From: Methanothrix sp.
Lineage (GTDB): Archaea > Halobacteriota > Methanosarcinia > Methanotrichales > Methanotrichaceae
Length of the DNA: 55,285 bases
Assembly: GCA_037128175.1 (NCBI GenBank)
Contig: JBAXWY010000015.1
Coordinates: 1 to 55,285 of the forward strand
Reading direction: 5' to 3'
Both the position numbers and the translations under genes were made by a program. The notes beneath the pieces were generated by a model. That model was given only the letters and a program-made list of their open reading frames with translations, was not told the DNA's origin and searched no databases. This document shows, in pieces, positions 47,301 through 55,285 of this stretch. The stretch's first letter is position 1. Every line of letters starts with the position of its first letter.

Positions 47301-48257
47301 CTCGATCCCAAAGAATATATAATTTTCACCCAAGGAATCGACATCGAGGAATATCCCGCAATCAAAGAATATCTCTCCTATTTTTTGGAAATTCTTGAGG
47401 CTAGATCTGCAGTGAGAACTATCGGCAACAAATGGTTTGAGTTGCACCAAATTGCTGGATATGCGCAACAGTTATCTCCGAAAATTGTTTATCCGAGTGT
47501 TTCTTCTGATTGTCGGTTTACATTAAACTCTGATGGGACCATCGTTGATAAAACGTGCTATTTCCTTTCTTCTGATAGCAAATATCTCCTCTCAATTTTG
47601 AATTCGGGACTAATGTTTTTCATTTTTAGGCAGCTTGGGACAGAGCGACGAGGAGGTTATTTTGAATTTCTTGGACAATCGATCACTCAGTTACCCATCC
47701 GCCGCATCTCCTTCACCACCCTCGCGCCCGAGCGCGCCCGCCTGGGGGCACAGCTGCAGCAGCTCTACGCCGAGGACAAATTCATGGAAATCGGGCCCCT
47801 GGTGGACGCCTGCCTGCCCAAAGACGGGGAAGGCAATTTTATCGCCGACCAGGAGCGATCGGACGTGGTGCACGACCTGCTGGCCTTCCTGGCAGAAAGA
47901 ATGCTGGAGATGAACAAGCAGAAACAGCAGGAGATCAAAGGCTTCCTGGGCTGGCTGGAGAGCTACCTGGGCGCAAAGGTGGAGGACCTCACGCCCAAGA
48001 CCAAATTGCAAAGCTACTACGAGCATGATTACGATGGCTTTTTGGCGGTGCTAAAAAGGAACAGCAAGAAGCTGGCAGTCGATCCGGCCAGACGGGAACC
48101 CGCACAGGCGCTGCGGGCCGAATTCGATGGGTCGATGGGCAAACTGCTGCCCTTGAGGGAGCGGATCAGGAAGACGGACGAGCTGATCGATGCGACGGTG
48201 TACAGGCTGTACGGGCTCACGGAAGAGGAGATCGGGATTGTGGAAGGGAAAGTGTAA
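44316..48257 (+). CDS. Type IIG restriction-modification enzyme (Eco57I-like, fused)
   Basis: PDY...GDAK nuclease; YNGGLF, LGSIYEGLL, GSYYTP, LDPAMGSG, YGVDLN, GNSL and GNPPY; C-terminal TDELID..VY.LYGLTEEEI; start may be ATG 44325. Confidence 0.93.
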   Translation: MGKMPPETRPFRNSNLFSNHYLESLVKDNPEWREAEPEEAFARIKELYERKARVLENYNESQLEENFIRPVLRILGHYFGVQGKVLGKDRTPDYAFYPDEPSREEAEAHPADDYYRRAVAVGDAKSWKISLDKSRKGLGIFEMQNPSFQIDVYLRDTPPKWAILTSGRLWRLYHETTSYKLDYYYEVDLPALLAAGDIENFKYFYLFFRREAFGQTVDGGCFLDRVREESVAYAQEIGEDLKENVYRAMKILAQGFLAEALSGAPAPSQEDVGRVQENSMRLLYRMLFIFYAESRSLLDTNNKYYYELSLQKLKSDVAARLDKGEPLLSVRYSYWESLKNLFSLINDGSESRRIAREEFYIPAYNGGLFDPAKNAFLESARLGDSFLAKAIDLLARSGQAPKKGFVDYSSLEIRHLGSIYEGLLEYRLRVAEQQMAAVKEKGKELWLPAGDAGKRKILDRAEVGEIYLATDKGERKATGSYYTPDYIVKYIVKNTIEPVIEKKKLEWLGTSRPFADHILSIKVLDPAMGSGHFLVEATDQLARWLVQAWATARPEESDSKEIAEQDVHWARREVVRNCIYGVDLNPMAVELAKLSLWLTTVASNKPLSFLDHHLRCGNSLIGAELDRLTVLPGGEKEQTPLWSFGLKSHTDGLLKKYSLMAALPDDNLQMVKWKEDQFRQIKESELSRRLYELSNVWLSTFFGNKVNDDDYYELQNHLHPEKFPDWTGLREQEWFRRAQALAGEKRFFHWELEFPEAFQGENRGFDVVVGNPPYVRQEAFIEIQDYIRQAYETYSSRADIYVYFFEKGLSLIPGSGNSRLGFIVSNKFMRANYGHNLRRYLLNNGHIEQIVDFGDLDIFNGLTVYPSILLLRKRKSNEFSSTEEQILVCKPSEINPDRMELDIKNLLYPISVGCLNEDVWNLESNTISDLIAKIKSFSQSIKEYCGEPTRGILTGLNDVFLVSEAKKQEIIQLHPSDSVLFKPYIRGLEVKRWTPLDPKEYIIFTQGIDIEEYPAIKEYLSYFLEILEARSAVRTIGNKWFELHQIAGYAQQLSPKIVYPSVSSDCRFTLNSDGTIVDKTCYFLSSDSKYLLSILNSGLMFFIFRQLGTERRGGYFEFLGQSITQLPIRRISFTTLAPERARLGAQLQQLYAEDKFMEIGPLVDACLPKDGEGNFIADQERSDVVHDLLAFLAERMLEMNKQKQQEIKGFLGWLESYLGAKVEDLTPKTKLQSYYEHDYDGFLAVLKRNSKKLAVDPARREPAQALRAEFDGSMGKLLPLRERIRKTDELIDATVYRLYGLTEEEIGIVEGKV

Positions 48258-48372
48258 TAATAATATTTCGCGATTCATCGCCGTAATTCTTCGATTGCAG
48301 TAAAGAAATGGGCTATGAACCATTTTTTGCTCCATTTATCTTGGAAATGGCGCAAAAAAATGGATCAAACCG

Positions 48373-48785
48373 TTATTGTCGCCGATTGACAGCACCTGAG
48401 CATATCCAAACGGCGCCTCTGCCTGCTCCTTGGAGAAATACCTGCCCTTCAGTTCGTAATTCCGCCATTAGCCGTTTGACTTGATTACGATCCATTCGAG
48501 TCATTTGGCGTATTTCTGAATTGGTCAGACCATTCTCCTTATCATTACATCTCTTTTTTAAGATGTCCAATACGCTTATCTTCGCTACATCCCAATTCGA
48601 TACGCGAGGAGCTTTTGGATTTGTATATTGCAGAAAGTTTGCGGTGAACTTCAGGATGCAACACCCAATAAGTCCCGCGCCCCGTGCCCCCTCGCTGAAG
48701 ATAGCCGAGGTCTTTTTCCATCTTGCTAAGAATCTCGCGAGCTTCGGCTTCATTACGTTGGCATATACGCGTAGCTCCTTGGCAA
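48373..48785 (-). pseudogene. Frameshifted C-terminal fragment (two wHTH-like segments) of a DNA-binding/ATP-binding regulator
   Basis: Frame 1 ICQRNEAEAREILSKMEKDLGYLQRGGTGRGTYW; frame 2 GLTNSEIRQMTRMDRNQVKRLM...GAGRGAVW; no N-terminus. Confidence 0.6.
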
Positions 48786-48787
48786 AG

Positions 48788-49200
48788 GCCTGCCTAAAGA
48801 CGAGGCGGGCTACTTCATCGCAAGCCAGGAACGTTCAGATGTAGTGCACGACCTGCTGGCCTTCCTGGCGGAGAGAGTGCAGGAGATGAACAAAGAGAAG
48901 CAGAAGGAGATCAAAGGCTCCCTGGGCTGGCTGGAGAGCTTCGTCGGGGCCAAAGTGGAGGACCTCACGCCCAAGACAAAATTGCAGAGCTACTACGAGC
49001 ACGATTACGATGGGCTAATGGCGGTGCTCAAGAAGAATAGCAAGAAGCTGGACAATCGATCCGGCCAGACGGGAGCCCGAGCCCCGGCCGAGTTCGAGGA
49101 GTCGATCGGCAAACTGGGGCCTCTGCGGGAGAAAATCGAGAGAATGAATAGGCTGATCGACGCGACGGTTTACAGGCTCTACACATTACTGACTCCCTAA
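48788..49200 (+). pseudogene. Orphan diverged copy of the R-M gene 3' constant region
   Basis: Colinear with ~47810-48220 (LPKD...SDVVHDLLAFLAE...KVEDLTPKTKLQSYYEHDYDG...LIDATVYRLY); local compensated frameshift. Confidence 0.9.
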
Positions 49201-49261
49201 TTCTGCATGTCTTCAGCATTAGAAAAAGCTAATTCTCATTGAGAGGAACAGATACTGCAAT

Positions 49262-49519
49262 ATGTTCTCCGAATATATGGATGTGGCCTTGAAAAAAGCC
49301 CAGTACAAAATTATTGATGATGAATATCCCTACTTTGCCGAGGTACCCGAACTTGACGGAGTATGGGCCACTGGAAAAACCATCGAAGACTGCAGAAATG
49401 AACTCATCGAAGTAATCGAAGAGTGGGTTGTAGCGAGGCTGCAAAAGGGACTATCCATTCCAGCCCTTAGCGGCCAGACCATTGGAAATCCATCACGTGA
49501 GACGGTAGCAGTTGTCTAG
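49262..49519 (+). CDS. hicB: HicB family antitoxin
   Basis: YFAEVPELDGVWATGKTIEDCRNELIEVIEEW...IP. Confidence 0.9.
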   Translation: MFSEYMDVALKKAQYKIIDDEYPYFAEVPELDGVWATGKTIEDCRNELIEVIEEWVVARLQKGLSIPALSGQTIGNPSRETVAVV

Positions 49520-49613
49520 ATTGACTCCTGTTTCTCGACAAGAGTTGATCAGACGTTTGAGAGAACTGGGATTCGTTGGGCCAGTACCTGGAAGAAAGCG
49601 CTATTTATCTTAG
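49512..49613 (+). pseudogene. hicA: Truncated HicA toxin
   Basis: MSRLTPVSRQELIRRLRELGFVGPVPGRK then stop; lacks the catalytic His and the C-terminal half. Confidence 0.75.
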
Positions 49614-49739
49614 GATGTGAAAAATTGAATTCAATTTACCCACATGAAACCGCGGAGAGCCATTTTATTGCTCTGAATGGCGTTATTGGGGATTGGAAAA
49701 AGAGAAATATGCATGTAAGTTGCATATAAACGACAATAG

Positions 49740-50615
49740 CTAACTGGTCGTGGGCGGCTTATATGGATACTTGATTTCATTCGCCTTTTCGCTTACAAGC
49801 GGCTTTTCTTTTGATTTATCTTTAAGAGGCTCTCCCCCTTTATGAGATGGAGATGGAGCCGGAGCCCATGCCGCGCAATTGTCATAAGGATTAGAACAAT
49901 CAGAACCGTATTTGGATGTACATTCGCTGGTATAGTCATGGCATACATTACACCTTAAACCAGAATAAGACCAGCAACATCCTACATTATCGATATTGCC
50001 ACAGCAATTTGTAACAAATCGGTTGCAGCAACTCACACTTCCATCTTTGCAGGAATCAATCACAAGACCGACCCGGCCAAATTTTTCTGGAATTGCAGCA
50101 TCCGACGTCTCCGTCTGAATGAGATCGCTCGACCAATTGGACTCAAATGCATAATTATCGAGGATCTTCGCCGTGTATATCAGGGTTTTATTTGCCATAT
50201 CGTAGTTGGGCGAGGTCAGCTCCACTATGATCATATTGCTATCATCCTCTCCCTCTTTGAGCCAAATAGCAGCATTGGGTGGGTTGCTTTTATCAAAACA
50301 GAATCCGCTGAGAAACTTATCCATCGGCGCGAACCCAGCCATTCTTGCAGGACGGTCTGAGAAGTATATGGTATACGGCACAACATCGACGATGGTCAAC
50401 GTATAGTTGCCGTAATTGTCCTTAACGAAATTGCCGCTAGTCCCCTCCTGGAGGAAAGTGTATGTTATCTTACTCGTGTCCGTTCCTGTCACATTTGTCG
50501 AATTCGAATCGCATCCGACACACTCGGTGGTGTTATTTCCTGCCGGTTCAGCACAAGATGCCATTCCTGCCAGGGCCATGAAAAGAAGTATCATAGTTAC
50601 AATTTTACTCATCAA
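49740..50615 (-). CDS. Secreted protein with Cys-rich C-terminal module
   Basis: Signal peptide; YFSDRP.R.AG...PPNAA core; 11 Cys within ~60 aa near the C-terminus. Confidence 0.8.
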   Translation of the reverse strand: MMSKIVTMILLFMALAGMASCAEPAGNNTTECVGCDSNSTNVTGTDTSKITYTFLQEGTSGNFVKDNYGNYTLTIVDVVPYTIYFSDRPARMAGFAPMDKFLSGFCFDKSNPPNAAIWLKEGEDDSNMIIVELTSPNYDMANKTLIYTAKILDNYAFESNWSSDLIQTETSDAAIPEKFGRVGLVIDSCKDGSVSCCNRFVTNCCGNIDNVGCCWSYSGLRCNVCHDYTSECTSKYGSDCSNPYDNCAAWAPAPSPSHKGGEPLKDKSKEKPLVSEKANEIKYPYKPPTTS

Positions 50616-50733
50616 TTTAATCCCTCATATCTTCTAACCCTCTGAAAATTGATCGAACTTTATTGATAATGATATAAAAACATTTGCAAATGCTATTTCG
50701 ATTTAACTATTTTTTAAAAAATATTTTCAAAAC

Positions 50734-50835
50734 AGGAGGTTTTGTGATTACGCCAAATCGAGCGAAGAGCTTATCCGGAGGTTGGCCCTTGGTTTCGAGA
50801 GCACCGTCATCGATATCGGTTCGGGCACTGGTGCC
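50734..50835 (+). pseudogene. Internal fragment of a class I SAM methyltransferase
   Basis: Reads DYAKSSEELIRRLALGFESTVIDIGSGTGA (motif I) with no start or C-terminus. Confidence 0.55.
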
Positions 50836-50884
50836 AATCAAGATTTAGAATTTTGGATCTACTTAATGGAGGGCAAATAAAAAC

Positions 50885-51082
50885 TCATCCAAACACTTCG
50901 TCAAAAGTGCGATATCTGCCCTTCGCCCTTTCGCTTAATGCTTCTTTGAGCAAATCCTCTTCATCCTGGTTAAGAACTTCCTCGATATTTAATATCTTAA
51001 CGGTTATCAAGTCTGAATCTATCTTTGACGAGTCCAGAACTCGAAGATTCCTCCCTTCATAAATAGCCTCGACGACATCCAT
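50885..51082 (-). CDS. Small antitoxin-like protein (AF2212-like N-terminus)
   Basis: MDVVEAIYEG..LR.L...EALSERAKGRYRTFDEVFG; overlapping ATGA begins only a 9-codon ORF. Confidence 0.6.
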   Translation of the reverse strand: MDVVEAIYEGRNLRVLDSSKIDSDLITVKILNIEEVLNQDEEDLLKEALSERAKGRYRTFDEVFG

Positions 51083-51267
51083 CGGAATCACTTCAACTTG
51101 TAGTCTTAAGTTTATAAAAATATCTATCACAATCTATTCAGAAAGTAGCATTTAAATACTTCGATACAGAACTGCGCATTCGAGATACAGATCCAGAGGC
51201 CATCCCCGCGCCCGAGGGTGCCCGCCCAGGTCCGCCAGCAGCAATTTTGGCGGGTCCAAGCTTGAAG

Positions 51268-52431
51268 CTATCTCAGGCACTTGCCGGTAAACGCCTTTGG
51301 CAGGAGATCGGCAACCGTGGCAGTCACAGCATCACCATTTGCATTTGCCATGATGACAACAATATCCCCACCGAACTCAATCAGGCTCTGCCGGCATATG
51401 CCGCAGGGAGATACAGGCTCATCAGCATTTCCAACTATCGCAATCGCCTCAAATTCACGCTCTCCAGAAGCGATGGCTCTTGCCAGGGCCGCCCTCTCCG
51501 CACAGATGCCCGCCCCGGAAGCGGCATTCTCAATGTTGCCGGCCGAGTAGATTTTGCCGCTCCGGGAGAGAAGCGCCGCGCCTACCAAAAATCCGGAGTA
51601 AGGGGCATAGGCATCTTTCGCTGCCTCTTTAGCCTCCAGGATGAGATGATCATACCCTCCCGTGTAAGGACGGGGGCCGGAGCGCAGTGCTCCGATGTAC
51701 ATGCACTCCTGGGGTGGAATAGTGGGGATGGCGTTTTGCACCTCGCTAATGGGCACAGGTGCGTCTCTTATGATCACGGCCGGAATTCCTTCGTCTCCTT
51801 CACCCATTACTATCTGAGCGGCAGAGACCAAATTGTCTGCCACTGCCTTGCGGGTGATCTTGAGTTCCCGGCCGAAGAGGTCCTTTTGGCCGCGCGCGTC
51901 CTCGACAGGCTCCAGTCCCACACAGGCCAGGGCCACGCCTACGCAGCCCAGTCGCAGGGGGTGAGTCCGGCTGTCGCCGATGATAACCGCAATCCTTCTG
52001 CCTTTCGCCATCTGCTCTCTAATCTCGATTGCCGATTTTTGTGCATCGGCCGGAAATAGAACCACGTGACCAGGAGGGGCATTGGAGCTATCGATGCCGG
52101 CGTTGGGATAAAGAAACCCATCCCGCAGCGTCAGCACCACGCCTGGGATGCCCCCCATTATCTCATCTGATTCTTGCAGGATCAGTTCCATCTCGCGCGG
52201 ATCTTTGCTGTACTTGGCAGCCATGGAGAGGGCGAGAGGTCCGGGAGTGACACTATGCAGAGCCACAACCCGCCCTTCTGCTGTTGCGAGCGTGCTCTCC
52301 GAGATGACCAGAATGTCGCCGTCCTGTAAAACCAGGCCCGATACGGACATGGCCTTCTCCAGGGATGCTGCCAGGTCATCGCCCGGTTTTATGAGATCCG
52401 TCTTTATGCCTAAAACCTGCAATACACTCAC
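51268..52431 (-). CDS. Fusion of CofE-like gamma-glutamyl ligase and cytidine deaminase
   Basis: N: IKPGDDL, DGDILVISE, PNAGIDSSN, IIGDS, DLFGREL..T..AVAD, MGEGDEGIP; C: AYAPYS.F.VGAA, GNIENA, CAER, SPCGICRQ, LLPKAF. Confidence 0.9.
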   Translation of the reverse strand: MSVLQVLGIKTDLIKPGDDLAASLEKAMSVSGLVLQDGDILVISESTLATAEGRVVALHSVTPGPLALSMAAKYSKDPREMELILQESDEIMGGIPGVVLTLRDGFLYPNAGIDSSNAPPGHVVLFPADAQKSAIEIREQMAKGRRIAVIIGDSRTHPLRLGCVGVALACVGLEPVEDARGQKDLFGRELKITRKAVADNLVSAAQIVMGEGDEGIPAVIIRDAPVPISEVQNAIPTIPPQECMYIGALRSGPRPYTGGYDHLILEAKEAAKDAYAPYSGFLVGAALLSRSGKIYSAGNIENAASGAGICAERAALARAIASGEREFEAIAIVGNADEPVSPCGICRQSLIEFGGDIVVIMANANGDAVTATVADLLPKAFTGKCLR

Positions 52432-53648
52432 CCGTAACGCTCTGGGCTTTCTATCATTTTAGTAGCCTCATCTATCCTCTCGGCCAGGCGCATGAGCCGG
52501 AAGGGCTGGCCGTTCAAGTTCTTTACCAGGCCCGCTATCTGGTTGGAGGTGCCGAATATTAAAACCTCTTCCGGTCGGGGATCACAGCGAAGTGCTAGCT
52601 TTGGAATGGCGGCGTCTCCGCCCCGGGCCAGCATCTCCTGCTTTATTATTATGGCCTCCATGCTGCTAAGGCCGCGCACGGCCAGGATGCGAAAAGAGCT
52701 TTTCTTGCAGAGCGTGCTTAGTCCCCGTTCATCTACCTCTGTCCGGCGCAATGTTTCCGCTAGATCCTCTCCCTGGCCCAAATAGCCCAGCACCTCCACC
52801 TCCATCTCCTCGTCTAATGACACTGCCGGACGGCCTCGAATGGCCTTGGCCATGGCTACGGTATCCAGGCTGGCAGCGATATCATGGGTCCTGACGATAT
52901 GCGCCCCCAGATAAACTGCTATGGCAGTGGCCGCCAGCGTTCCCGCCAGCCTCTGGAAGGGATCGGGCTTATGCAGGCGATCCCCGATGAAGGACTTGCG
53001 GGAAATAGCCGCGACCACCGGCCGCTCTAAAGCACGCAGACGGAGCAATCCGTCCAAAATGGCCAGATCGTGGGCAGGAGTCTTTTCCGGTATCCATTTG
53101 CCGATGCCCGGATCAACCGAGATCTTAGCCGGGCATACGCCAGCCAGGGTCGCGCCCCTCACTCTTTCTCCCAGCAAGGCAATTATCTCGTTTATTTGGA
53201 GCAGGTCGCCCGCTCTCTGCCGGGAAGCCATGATGATCAGGGACGCGTCGTACTCGGCCACACGGGCAGCCATATTGGGGTCAGACAGTCCGGAGACATC
53301 ATTTATGCAGGCGGCTCCCCGCGAGAGGGCATCGCTTGCAATGCTGGACCGCTTTGTATCAATGGAGACGGTTATATCCAGGTTGTCCAAAATATCCTTG
53401 AGAGCGGGAAAGAGCCTTTCTCGTTCCACTGCCTCACTTATGAGTGGAGAGCCCGGCGCCGTGGAGACGCCGCCCAGATCTATCATATCCGCGCCCTGCT
53501 CTTGCATAGCTGCCGCTAGGGAGAGAGCCTCATGAGGGCCGGCCACTGAGCCCTGGTAGAAGGACTCACGGCTTAGATTGATTATGCCCATCAGCCGCAC
53601 GGGATGGCTGTCTCCGACCAAAACGCGACCCAAAATGCCTTCTATCAA
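52428..53648 (-). CDS. folP: Dihydropteroate synthase with C-terminal extension
   Basis: MGIINLSRESF, DLGGVSTAPG, SIDT, INDVSG, DPGIG, SRKSFIG and RTHD; extra ~120 aa containing IIKQEMLARGGDAA; TTG after GAGGTG. Confidence 0.92.
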   Translation of the reverse strand: MIEGILGRVLVGDSHPVRLMGIINLSRESFYQGSVAGPHEALSLAAAMQEQGADMIDLGGVSTAPGSPLISEAVERERLFPALKDILDNLDITVSIDTKRSSIASDALSRGAACINDVSGLSDPNMAARVAEYDASLIIMASRQRAGDLLQINEIIALLGERVRGATLAGVCPAKISVDPGIGKWIPEKTPAHDLAILDGLLRLRALERPVVAAISRKSFIGDRLHKPDPFQRLAGTLAATAIAVYLGAHIVRTHDIAASLDTVAMAKAIRGRPAVSLDEEMEVEVLGYLGQGEDLAETLRRTEVDERGLSTLCKKSSFRILAVRGLSSMEAIIIKQEMLARGGDAAIPKLALRCDPRPEEVLIFGTSNQIAGLVKNLNGQPFRLMRLAERIDEATKMIESPERYG

Positions 53649-53673
53649 TCCCAACACCTCATATCTTGCAGCA

Positions 53674-54441
53674 CTACTCCGACAGCCGCAGCAGGATGCC
53701 TGTCCTTCTCGCCCTCTCAATAGCACGATCCAGCATTATCAGCCCCAGAACCAGGTAGAAAACGGCCAGAAATGCACCAATGGCCAGATGATGGGGCCCT
53801 GGAATAAATATTGACCTGTAGTATTCTAAAAAGTAGGTCAGGGGAATGATTCTGGCAATCGTCTGCAGCAAGGGAGGCAGCACCTCTACGGGATAGTAAA
53901 TTCCACTCACGAGCAGGATCATACCGCTCAGGCTCCAGGCGGCAACATCCGCCTTCTGGCCGAAGGTGAGAATGGATATGCACACCGTGATGCCGATGAC
54001 CGTGGCCGTAGCGAAAACACCCGCCAGAAATATAAGCACCGGTAGAAGGCCGCCCTCCTGGAAATCAAAGCCAAAGAGGTAGCGGCTTACTACCGCCAGA
54101 ATGAAGAAGACCACACTGCCCCGCAGTATGCCGAAGAGTGCTGCTCCAAAGACCAGATGGTAGCTACGAATCGGCGCGATGAAAGTGTTCTTGATGCTCT
54201 TGGACCACATGTCGAATAAGAGGACGTAAGCTACATCGATCTGGGCCACCTGCAAAATGGTAAGAGCAATAGCGCCCACCAGGAGAAAGGAGACCATCGA
54301 GCCCTCCACCTGCAAGAACCGCGTGAGCAGCCCAATGGATAGCAGGCTGATCATGGGCCAGAAGAATAGCTCGAATAAGGTGAAGATGTTCCTCTTGGAG
54401 ATGATCCAGTTCTTATAGGCGCTAGCCAGGTACTTGTTCAA
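53674..54441 (-). CDS. ABC-2 type transporter permease
   Basis: About 6 TM; SGIYYPVEVLP..LQ.IA..IPLTY. Confidence 0.9.
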   Translation of the reverse strand: MNKYLASAYKNWIISKRNIFTLFELFFWPMISLLSIGLLTRFLQVEGSMVSFLLVGAIALTILQVAQIDVAYVLLFDMWSKSIKNTFIAPIRSYHLVFGAALFGILRGSVVFFILAVVSRYLFGFDFQEGGLLPVLIFLAGVFATATVIGITVCISILTFGQKADVAAWSLSGMILLVSGIYYPVEVLPPLLQTIARIIPLTYFLEYYRSIFIPGPHHLAIGAFLAVFYLVLGLIMLDRAIERARRTGILLRLSE

Positions 54442-54442
54442 T

Positions 54443-55285
54443 TCACCTTGCCAGTTCAAGGAATACATCCTCCAAATCGGGCTCTTTTATGGTTATGTCC
54501 AGGATTCTGGCATGGCAAAAGAGCTTGACTATCCTGTCCAGAACGTCCTCGCTTCTGTCGATCACAATCTCCAAGCGGCCATTCTCCGCTCTTATGCCTA
54601 AAACGCCCGGCAGGCGTTCCAGGGCCGCGATATCTACCGGCCCTTCGTAAGAGACCACCACTTTTTCCCCCAGCCCCAGATGCTTCTTTAAATTGCGGGG
54701 CGTATCCAGAGCCACAATCTGACCCTTGCGCAAAAAGGCAATCCGATCACAGAGCATCTCCGCCTCAGGCATGTAGTGAGTGGATAATACCACGGATATG
54801 TTCTGTTCCTGGTGAATTCTCTTTATCAGCAGGCGGGTTTTTATGGATATATCAGGATCAAGGCCCGTGGTGGGCTCGTCCAGGAACAGAAGACGAGGGT
54901 GGTTGAGCATGGCTTTGGCCAGAGAGAGACGCTGCTTTAGGCCTGTGGAGAGGTTCTCGAACTTCATATCCCGAAACTCAGAAAGCTCAAAGGCATCGAT
55001 CTGATCTTCCACCGTCCGGGAGAGAGCGGAGCCATAAAGGCCGTAGAGCATGCCGTAGTGGCGCAGGTTCTCTTTCACGGTCAGGCTCCAGGGAAAATTG
55101 GGCTTGGCAGTGCTGATGTTTATGACTTTGCGGATCTCGTTGCTGTCGCGACGTGCATCCATTCCCAGGATGAAAAGACTGCCCCGCTCCGGGTAGATAA
55201 GAGTGGAGAAGATGGAGATGAGAGTGGTCTTGCCTGAGCCGTTGGGGCCGAGCAGACCGAAGATCTCTCCCGCCTCGATATCCAG
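54443..55285 (-). CDS. ABC transporter ATP-binding protein (5' end outside the window)
   Basis: GPNGSGKTT near the window edge; LSTGLKQR, LDEPTTGLD, STH and EPDLEDVF. Confidence 0.93.
   Translation of the reverse strand: MDIEAGEIFGLLGPNGSGKTTLISIFSTLIYPERGSLFILGMDARRDSNEIRKVINISTAKPNFPWSLTVKENLRHYGMLYGLYGSALSRTVEDQIDAFELSEFRDMKFENLSTGLKQRLSLAKAMLNHPRLLFLDEPTTGLDPDISIKTRLLIKRIHQEQNISVVLSTHYMPEAEMLCDRIAFLRKGQIVALDTPRNLKKHLGLGEKVVVSYEGPVDIAALERLPGVLGIRAENGRLEIVIDRSEDVLDRIVKLFCHARILDITIKEPDLEDVFLELAR

Noticed and set aside
47810-49200. Possible diversity-generating retroelement TR/VR pair
   Set aside because: Differences are not adenine-specific, many are synonymous, and no reverse transcriptase is in the window
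51185-51265. GC-rich hairpins after a TTTAAATA box
   Set aside because: Only two short stems, directly downstream of the cofE-cdd stop; too little support for an ncRNA call
3438-53648. mptA and folP as one pterin cluster
   Set aside because: About 48 kb apart with unrelated genes between; co-occurrence in the window is probably incidental

Overview
Chromosomal window from a methanogenic archaeon, most likely Methanothrix/Methanotrichaceae (inferred from rps3ae, mptA, hdrED, nurA-herA-mre11-rad50, DUF1699 and GGR). The housekeeping backbone covers translation, pterin/folate, aromatic amino acids, Thr/Met, lipids, DNA repair, HdrDE and transporters. Three accessory tracts interrupt it. (1) A ~7.6 kb island with no recognisable integrase lies between aroE and tyrA. 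It is bounded by a duplicated, diverged 5' end of tyrA and divided by three copies of a 100-240 bp repeat into cassette-like modules (SGNH hydrolase, MNT-HEPN, acylphosphatase, TA remnants, secreted protein, YhcG nuclease). (2) A type IIG restriction-modification gene sits head-to-head with an archaeal Ku + ATP-dependent ligase (NHEJ) pair. (3) A second type IIG R-M gene is followed by an orphan diverged copy of its own 3' end and several truncated genes. Both R-M genes have AT-rich target-recognition segments with sharp boundaries. Other notable items are two families of REP-like palindromes, two candidate structured RNAs, and a folP gene with a C-terminal extension coupled to a CofE-like/cytidine deaminase fusion. 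No rRNA, tRNA, CRISPR array, integrase or transposase was recognised. All family calls come from motif recognition by eye, not database searches.
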